Source of the DNA: Candidatus Omnitrophota bacterium
GTDB taxonomy: Bacteria; Omnitrophota; Gorgyraeia; Zapsychrales; Zapsychraceae
Direction of reading: 5' to 3'
DNA length: 64,000 bases
Assembly (NCBI GenBank): GCA_050250375.1
Contig: JBFWOS010000001.1
Span: 407,090 to 471,089, forward strand
A program made the position numbers and the translations under genes. The notes below the pieces were generated by a model. It was given only the letters and a program-made list of their open reading frames with translations, ran no database searches and was not told the origin of the DNA. Numbering within the stretch: the first letter of the stretch is position 1; each line of letters opens with the position of its first letter. Shown piece after piece: positions 57,463 through 64,000 of this stretch.

Positions 57463-59740
57463 TGTCTTCACCCTGCATATTCTCCAAAAGCCATTGTTCC
57501 CGATCAACCAATATATCCCTTGGCTTGCTTCCGCAGTAAGGGCCAACGATGCCCGCCTGTTCCATCATATCAATTAGCCTTGCCGCTCTAGTATACCCCA
57601 ATCGCATACGCCTTTGTAAGATTGAAACGGAGGCCTGATTTGTTTCAATAACTAACTGGACCGCCTGGTCGTAATATTCATCCTTTTCTTCTCCTGCATT
57701 CACTGCTCCGGCTTTGTGGCTATTTAGAATATTCTCATCATAAGAAGGTGCTTGCTGGTCCTTAATAAACTGAATAACCTTACTGATCTCTTCGTCCTTT
57801 ACATAATTCCCCTGCCCACGGGTCGGCTTGGCATCACCGGGTTTAAGAAATAGCATATCCCCTTTCCCCAACAAGCTTTCAGCCCCATTCATGTCAAGAA
57901 CTGTTCGCGAATCTACTTTGGATGCAACTTTAAAGGAAATTCTGGCCGGAAAATTCGCTTTAATGACTCCTGTAATGACGTTAACCGAAGGCCGTTGCGT
58001 TGCCAAAATCAAATGTATCCCTACCGCTCTTGATAATTGTGCCAGCCGGGTGATGGAACCTTCCACTCCTTTGGCAGAAACTTGCATAAGATCAGCCAAC
58101 TCATCAATAATAACAACAATGTAATACATGTGATGGCCTTTTTCATTATAGGCCTTTATATTCTTAACTCCGGCTTTTGATAATCGTTTATAACGGCTTT
58201 CCATTTCTCCGACGACCCAATTCAATACCGCTGATGCCTTCTTTGGATCTGTTACCGTTGGAGCTAACAAATGAGGAATGTCATTGTATTGCGCCAACTC
58301 AACCATTTTCGGATCCACCATAACAAAACGAACTTCATCCGGAGAAGCATTAAGTAAAATTGATGTAATAATACCATTAACACAAACTGACTTTCCAGAA
58401 CCGGTCGTCCCGGCAATGAGTAAATGAGGCATATCCGCAAGATCGGCGACCATAGATTTTCCAGCAATATCTTTCCCCAAGGCAATGGTTAACTTTGAGC
58501 CTGAACTACGGAACTCTGGGCTGGTAAGTACGTCTTTTAAGTAGACCGAAGCCGAGGAATCATTAGGGACCTCAATTCCAACCCGACTTTTTCCGGGAAT
58601 TGGGGCAACAATCCTGACGGTTGGGGCTTTCATGGCCAATGCGATGTCGTTCGACAGTGTAGTAAATTTCTGAACCTTTACCCCAGGCCCCGGCTCAAGT
58701 TCATAGCGCGTAATGGCCGGCCCGCGTTCAATATCGACAACCCGTGCCCCGACCCCAAAACTAGCTAGCGTCTCTTCCAAACGTTTAGCATCGTTAATCA
58801 AGTTATTTTGAATCTTATTAGTTGATACTTTAGGTGGATCCTGCAATAAATCGAGACTAGGGATAGTAAATTCGCCGACAATTTGTGGCCCCTCATCCTG
58901 TTCATTTTTCTCTTCATTCGGTTGTGTAATCCGGATTTGAGGTTTTTTGGGCTTAGCAAATTTCTTTTCTATATCATTTTCAGCCGCTTTGACATCTTCC
59001 ATATCCTCTTCAAAATCACTGTCTTGATCGTCTTCAGATAACTCTGGCTCTTCGAAATCATCGTCTTCATCTTTCTTTGATTTCTCACCAACAATTTTCT
59101 TAGACTTAGTCTGCTTTGGGAGGATGGTCGATTGATTTAATTTAATTGATGGCTTAAATGCGGCAATACTGAAATTCCCTTCTTTTAATCCATCCCTAAA
59201 GGATTCAAAAAATGCGATACCGTTATTATAAATTCTAAGAAAAAAAGGAGTAACCAATACCTCCCCGGTTAATATCATGGCCAGAGAGCCCAAAGTAAAT
59301 AAAACAATGTATGTTCCCAACGTACCCAAATACTGATACAAAAAATCTGAAACGAATACACCAACCAGTCCAGCTCGCTGGAAACGATCAATGATATCCT
59401 GAGAACCATATAAACTAATCATCGAACTGATAACACAAAATAATACAATAAAGCTTAGAAATTTTGACACTGTAAAATGTATGTCCCGGGATGTAAACTT
59501 ATTCCAGCTCCAGAAAAGGAGAAACAAAACAAGTGCATAGGCACTATAGCCACATATAAATAAGATACTCCCGGCAATATAGGCTCCGCTAATCCTGATT
59601 AAATTCTTGGCAGGAACATTTGGTTCTGAGGTAAACCAGGAAAGATCATTGGGCGTGAATGATATTAAACTAGCGAATAAAATCATCCCTAAAGCAAGGA
59701 CAATTATCGCTTTGATTTCATTAATATGTTCTTCATTCAT
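57455..59740 (-). CDS. ftsK: DNA translocase FtsK
   Basis: N-terminal TMs, acidic linker, PHLLIAGTTGSGKS, IIDELADL, ATQRPS, gamma domain QRRMRLGYTRAAR. Confidence 0.97.
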   Translation of the reverse strand: MNEEHINEIKAIIVLALGMILFASLISFTPNDLSWFTSEPNVPAKNLIRISGAYIAGSILFICGYSAYALVLFLLFWSWNKFTSRDIHFTVSKFLSFIVLFCVISSMISLYGSQDIIDRFQRAGLVGVFVSDFLYQYLGTLGTYIVLFTLGSLAMILTGEVLVTPFFLRIYNNGIAFFESFRDGLKEGNFSIAAFKPSIKLNQSTILPKQTKSKKIVGEKSKKDEDDDFEEPELSEDDQDSDFEEDMEDVKAAENDIEKKFAKPKKPQIRITQPNEEKNEQDEGPQIVGEFTIPSLDLLQDPPKVSTNKIQNNLINDAKRLEETLASFGVGARVVDIERGPAITRYELEPGPGVKVQKFTTLSNDIALAMKAPTVRIVAPIPGKSRVGIEVPNDSSASVYLKDVLTSPEFRSSGSKLTIALGKDIAGKSMVADLADMPHLLIAGTTGSGKSVCVNGIITSILLNASPDEVRFVMVDPKMVELAQYNDIPHLLAPTVTDPKKASAVLNWVVGEMESRYKRLSKAGVKNIKAYNEKGHHMYYIVVIIDELADLMQVSAKGVEGSITRLAQLSRAVGIHLILATQRPSVNVITGVIKANFPARISFKVASKVDSRTVLDMNGAESLLGKGDMLFLKPGDAKPTRGQGNYVKDEEISKVIQFIKDQQAPSYDENILNSHKAGAVNAGEEKDEYYDQAVQLVIETNQASVSILQRRMRLGYTRAARLIDMMEQAGIVGPYCGSKPRDILVDREQWLLENMQGEDNE

Positions 59741-59780
59741 CCTGATAGCGTATTTATTATTAGTATTATTAGGGCCTGGT

Positions 59781-59814
59781 AAATAAACAGGCAGGTTTTA
59801 TTCAAACCCACCTG
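59781..59814 (-). terminator. Intrinsic terminator downstream of pnp
   Basis: CAGGTGGGTTT-GAATA-AAACCTGCCTG stem (with G-U pairs) followed by TTTATTT. Confidence 0.65.
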
Positions 59815-59857
59815 GTTTATTGTATCATACCCGGCTAATTCTGGATGAGAATATAAA

Positions 59858-61972
59858 TTAATTTGATTCGGCCTGTTTCCGGCTGAGATTCATACGTTTC
59901 ATTTGGTCGATTTCAACCAGCTTTACTTTAAACTCATCGCCAACTTTTACGACCGAACTCACATCTTTTACATATTCGTCGGATAACTCAGAAACGTGAA
60001 CTAGTCCTTGACGACCTGGCAAAAATTCACAAAATGCACCAAAATTCGTCACTTTGGCCACTTTCGCATTATATATCTTACCGACTTCAGGAATCTCTAC
60101 TAGCCCATCAATGAATCTTTTAGCCTTATTTGCAGAGTCAGCTTTAGTCGCCGCAATTAAGACTTTACCATCGTCATCAATATCAATTGTTTCTGCACCG
60201 GTTTCTTCCATAATCCGTTTAATCATCTTCCCTCCCGGGCCGATGACTTCACCAATTTTGTCTTGAGGAACCATTGTCGTTACAATTTTCGGAGCATATT
60301 CATTCAATTCTTCTGCTGGTTTAGAAATAGTCGCCGACATATTATCAAGAATTTTTATTCGGGCTTCTTTTGCCTGGTGAATCCCTTTTGCCAATACATC
60401 TAACGGGACACCCTTTATTTTTAGATCCAACTGTATGGCTGTAATACCTTTTCGTGAGCCCGCAATTTTATAGTCCATATCTCCATGATGATCTTCAAGC
60501 CCCATAATATCGGTTAAGAGCCTAAAGTCTTTCGGATTATCGCCCATAAGCAGGCCAATGGATATACCGGCGACGGCATTCTTAATCGGAACACCCGCAG
60601 CCATTAAACTTAAACATCCGGCACAAACCGATGCCATACTTGAAGAACCATTAGATTCAAGGATTTCAGAAACCACCCTCACCGTGTACGGAAATTCTTC
60701 TTTTTTCGGCATAACCCCTTGAATTGCCTTTGCAGCCAAAGCACCATGCCCTATTTCCCGACGGCCAGGACCACGGCTTCCCTTTGCTTCGCCGACACTG
60801 AACGCAGGAAAATTATAATGTAGCATAAAATTGCTGTATGTAAGTTCCTGCAGACCTTCGACCATCTGCTCATCTCTTTTTGTGCCCAAAGTAACAACAG
60901 CCAGGCTTTGCGTCTGCCCGCGGGTAAAAAGAGCTGACCCGTGTGTGCGGGGCAGTAAATTGATCTCACTGGTCAATTCTCTCAGTTCATCGGTTTTTCG
61001 TCCGTCAGTTCTTTTATTGTGTTCAAAAATAGACTTCCTAACGACATCATATTCAACCTTATCAAACATCGCCAAAATATGACCAGCCGGAACTTCTTTT
61101 TCATTGTCTTTAAATTGTTCAAACGCCGCTGAATTGCCTAACAATTCATCTAACAATGTGCGTCGAGCTTCCTCACGCTGCATTTTATCGGCGATGGTAT
61201 AAACCTTTTCCAGTTTAACCTGTATTAGTTCAGAAACTTTTTTCTTTAAATCAGGATGAGGAATGAATAATTTTACCTCGGATTTAGCTTTACCTACCCG
61301 TTGTTTAAACTGATTTTGCAGATCAACCATTTCGCTCATTTTAGTTTGAGCAAAATTTAATCCATCAATCACAATCTCATCGGACACTTCATACCCTTCA
61401 CCTTCAATCATTACTATTCCGTCTTTTAATCCAACGACGAAAAGTTCGAGAACACATTTTTTTCGCTGTTCATACGTTGGATTCATAATAAATTCACCGT
61501 CAACTAACCCGACCCTTACCGCGCCTATTGGTCCATCAAAAGGTATATCAGATATATGCAACGCAGCTGATGCCCCGATAGTTGCCAAAACATCAGGATC
61601 GTTCTCGCCATCTGAACTAATTACGTTACAGGTCACAACTACGTCATTATAAAACCCTTCAGGAAACAAAGGCCGTATCGGACGGTCAATGATCCTGGCC
61701 GTCAACGTTTCTTTTTGAGTTGGACGCCCTTCTCTTTTAAAGAAACCTCCAGGGATCTTACCAGCCGCATATGCCTTTTCTTGATATTCGACCATTAACG
61801 GAAAGAAGTCTACATCTTCCCTCGCCTTTGACGTCATACAGGCAGCAACCAGGACGGTTGTTCCACCTACCGTAACAGTAACTGCCCCATTGGCTTGTTT
61901 CGCCAATTTCCCGGTTTCTAAAATAAGTTTTTGCGCCCCGAAGGCCATTTCAATAACTTCATTCTGAATCAT
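59858..61972 (-). CDS. pnp: Polynucleotide phosphorylase
   Basis: GGFFKREGRP, HGSALFTRGQTQ, RREIGHG, ESNGSSSMAS, KH and S1 domains; start MIQNE with RBS. Confidence 0.98.
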   Translation of the reverse strand: MIQNEVIEMAFGAQKLILETGKLAKQANGAVTVTVGGTTVLVAACMTSKAREDVDFFPLMVEYQEKAYAAGKIPGGFFKREGRPTQKETLTARIIDRPIRPLFPEGFYNDVVVTCNVISSDGENDPDVLATIGASAALHISDIPFDGPIGAVRVGLVDGEFIMNPTYEQRKKCVLELFVVGLKDGIVMIEGEGYEVSDEIVIDGLNFAQTKMSEMVDLQNQFKQRVGKAKSEVKLFIPHPDLKKKVSELIQVKLEKVYTIADKMQREEARRTLLDELLGNSAAFEQFKDNEKEVPAGHILAMFDKVEYDVVRKSIFEHNKRTDGRKTDELRELTSEINLLPRTHGSALFTRGQTQSLAVVTLGTKRDEQMVEGLQELTYSNFMLHYNFPAFSVGEAKGSRGPGRREIGHGALAAKAIQGVMPKKEEFPYTVRVVSEILESNGSSSMASVCAGCLSLMAAGVPIKNAVAGISIGLLMGDNPKDFRLLTDIMGLEDHHGDMDYKIAGSRKGITAIQLDLKIKGVPLDVLAKGIHQAKEARIKILDNMSATISKPAEELNEYAPKIVTTMVPQDKIGEVIGPGGKMIKRIMEETGAETIDIDDDGKVLIAATKADSANKAKRFIDGLVEIPEVGKIYNAKVAKVTNFGAFCEFLPGRQGLVHVSELSDEYVKDVSSVVKVGDEFKVKLVEIDQMKRMNLSRKQAESN

Positions 61973-62052
61973 TCTTTTCTCCCTTAAACACTGCATCAAC
62001 GCTATCAGTTTCAAGTCATGCCCCAAAAACTAAAAGCATGTATGTCTGGTCG

Positions 62053-62322
62053 CTATTTACGTAAATTGAGTTTAGATATTGTATCCTGATATTTTTGAGG
62101 ATCTTTTTTCTTTAGGTAGGCCAACAAGCGTCGTCTTTTACCAATCATCATTAAAAGACCACGACGAGAATGAAAATCCTTTTTGTGTGCTTGAAAATGC
62201 TCAGCTAAATAATTAATCCTTTCGGTTAGCAAAGCAATCTGGACTGCAGGTGAACCAGTGTCTTTAGAATGCGATTTAAAATCATCAATTACTTCTGTTT
62301 TTCTTTCCTTTAGTAATACCAC
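62053..62322 (-). CDS. rpsO: 30S ribosomal protein S15
   Basis: [29 protein letters not shown]; GGAGG RBS. Confidence 0.98.
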   Translation of the reverse strand: MVLLKERKTEVIDDFKSHSKDTGSPAVQIALLTERINYLAEHFQAHKKDFHSRRGLLMMIGKRRRLLAYLKKKDPQKYQDTISKLNLRK

Positions 62323-62436
62323 TTCACTCCTCCTTCACTATTTTTCATAAGGCACCCTAACCACATCACCTGTCCATACAGTGTGCTGCAGTCCCGGCAA
62401 AAATAAACCGGACGTTTACCTTCAGCTAAGGTCGCT

Positions 62437-62465
62437 ATTATACTATCCCCCTTTATCGAAGTCAA
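62437..62465 (-). promoter_or_regulatory. rpsO promoter
   Basis: TTGACT (62465-62460), 17-nt spacer, TATAAT (62442-62437). Confidence 0.75.
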
Positions 62466-62536
62466 GACATATACATGACGCCGAAAAAATTAAGACGCTT
62501 ACATTAAATCATCACATATATCAGCAAATAAACAAC

Positions 62537-62905
62537 TTAAGAAGATTTCGCAATCTTCTTTTTGGTGGATTTTTTCGTTTTATCCGTTGAGTTCTTGCGT
62601 TTAAGCTTTGTCTGCAAGGATTTTTGTTCCTGATCAATCCCCTTATACTCTTCCAATAACTTTTTTAATAGAGGGCTTGGACTTGCAGGGTTTCGCAATT
62701 TTACAAATTCTTTGCCAATTTGATAATAAAGCTTTTCTTTCTTAAGACCTGCCGTTGTGGCATCAAGTTGAATCTTACTTTGTTTTGTAATCTTAACTAA
62801 TTCAATCTCACCTTTTTTGACAAGTTCGGAGGCCTCTTTACCAAACTTGATTAATTGTTCCTTAGTTTTTTCCCATTCTGTCTTAACATCATAATTTTGA
62901 GCCAT
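62537..62905 (-). CDS. Hypothetical helical protein with a Lys-rich tail
   Basis: GGAGG RBS; KKEKLYYQIGK motif; C-terminal KKSTKKK. Confidence 0.75.
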   Translation of the reverse strand: MAQNYDVKTEWEKTKEQLIKFGKEASELVKKGEIELVKITKQSKIQLDATTAGLKKEKLYYQIGKEFVKLRNPASPSPLLKKLLEEYKGIDQEQKSLQTKLKRKNSTDKTKKSTKKKIAKSS

Positions 62906-63019
62906 TGACCAACCTCCATATTTTCATTTAATAACTTAAATAATCTCAAATACTTAAGTTTATCATTATAACAAGCACATTTAGATTTATGCAATATTTT
63001 TATCAACCAAAGAATTAAG

Positions 63020-63048
63020 TTGAAAGCATTGATTATTAAAGTTATACT
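63020..63048 (+). promoter_or_regulatory. sigma70-like promoter, probably giving a leaderless mRNA
   Basis: TTGAAA-17-TATACT ending 6 nt before ATG 63055. Confidence 0.55.
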
Positions 63049-63054
63049 AAAATT

Positions 63055-63291
63055 ATGAAAGATGGACTGATGTTATTCGCTGGGATTGCACTTGTTTTCG
63101 GCTTGATTGTATACGGCATTTATAAATTCACACGAACGAATTATGATGCCCCGCAAAGAACGCAAGAAGAAATCAATCAAGCTTATGAAGAAAAAGTGTC
63201 TTATCAACAACAAATTGATGACGTAGAGCGCCGCAGAAAAGATCTTATGCGTCAACAGAAGCAACGCTTGCGCGATATGCAACGACACTAA
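63055..63291 (+). CDS. Small membrane-anchored coiled-coil protein
   Basis: N-terminal TM and a Q/E/R-rich helix; has its own promoter. Confidence 0.7.
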   Translation: MKDGLMLFAGIALVFGLIVYGIYKFTRTNYDAPQRTQEEINQAYEEKVSYQQQIDDVERRRKDLMRQQKQRLRDMQRH

Positions 63292-63309
63292 TTACAAACA
63301 ACTTGCAAT

Positions 63310-63765
63310 TTAGTGGTGTTCACGCGCGACAATAATCCTCCGCGTCATTTCCTCTTCATACAATTTAATGATATTATTTAATTCATTTTCACCCAAAAAA
63401 TGAACGATTGCTTTTTCTATGGCAACGAACCTGTATTTCATATATAGATAATCCTGCGAAAAAATTTTCTTGCCGTCTCCAGAATATTTCTTATTTTGCG
63501 CTTTATCGAATTTCTCAACCTTGTAATTCTCGAAATTTTGGATTAGATGTTTATACTCTTCATTCCCCGACACTGATTTATATTCTTTGGTATTGATTAA
63601 CTCTTCAAACAAATAGTCGTCAACAATCTTTTGTGTAGAATACCGATCAATTCGATCCAACGCCTCCTTAGTTGTCATATAACACCAAATCAAATAGCGT
63701 CGAATCAATTTTTTGTCGTTAACATTCGGATTATTATTCATTTTCTTAAAATCATTCTTTATCAA
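63310..63765 (-). CDS. Hypothetical protein
   Basis: 151-aa ORF with natural composition (RRYLIWCY...LYEEEMTRRI). Confidence 0.7.
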   Translation of the reverse strand: MIKNDFKKMNNNPNVNDKKLIRRYLIWCYMTTKEALDRIDRYSTQKIVDDYLFEELINTKEYKSVSGNEEYKHLIQNFENYKVEKFDKAQNKKYSGDGKKIFSQDYLYMKYRFVAIEKAIVHFLGENELNNIIKLYEEEMTRRIIVAREHH

Positions 63766-63889
63766 ATGTCACCGCTAAATGGCGCTCAATTGCCCTCTTT
63801 TAATCAGCCAACACACACTAGTATGCCTATTTCGATATTTAAAATTACGTCAGTCACCAAAATATATGTGAAGCATAGACTATAGGGAC

Positions 63890-64000
63890 TTAACAATCCT
63901 CCGTGCATCCTCCGACAGTCTCACCAGGCTCACAACATCCATTACCACAAATAGACACACACCCTAATGTCGAATTAAAACAAGCAGTCTCAGCCATACA
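63890..64000 (-). CDS. C-terminal fragment of a Cys-rich repeat protein (runs off window)
   Basis: Manual translation: CMAETACFNSTLGCVSICGNGCCEPGETVGGCTEDC-stop. Confidence 0.7.
   Translation of the reverse strand, partial: CMAETACFNSTLGCVSICGNGCCEPGETVGGCTEDC

Overview
Core-genome region of a moderately AT-rich diderm bacterium; the gene content and protein styles suggest the PVC group or Ca. Omnitrophota, but this is inference only. Almost all genes are on the minus strand. From left to right: a partial PIF1-like helicase; a CBS protein; a compact ydbH-ynbE-ydbL-like operon; DUF924 preceded by a ~300-nt hairpin-rich non-coding region; several small genes; a dcw cluster (mraZ to ftsA) lacking murB and ftsZ but carrying two inserted genes; ribF-truB-nrnA-rbfA-cca-xerD-ligA-acyP; an unusual riboflavin/fatty-acid operon; a ~13-kb surface-glycosylation island; and pgpA-pgsA-rimO-rodZ-ftsK-pnp-rpsO. 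Main candidates for novelty: (1) three divergent tandem copies of a two-gene module (an uncharacterised 'HRxLxxYLYP' membrane protein plus a GT-C-fold transferase), together with a YfhO-like GT-C, a methyltransferase-GT2 fusion and three methyltransferases; (2) a riboflavin operon lacking both Zn-dependent steps (RibA domain without its Cys ligands; RibD without a deaminase domain), with a PHP metallohydrolase gene where the deaminase would be; (3) a ketosynthase with its whole catalytic triad lost (chain-length-factor-like), coupled to ribE and to fabG/fabZ; (4) a duplicated 54-bp bidirectional promoter cassette; (5) a terminator-containing rib leader with no FMN aptamer; (6) a candidate structured ncRNA. 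No rRNA, tRNA, CRISPR array or transposase was seen. All family assignments come from motif recognition by eye, not database searches.
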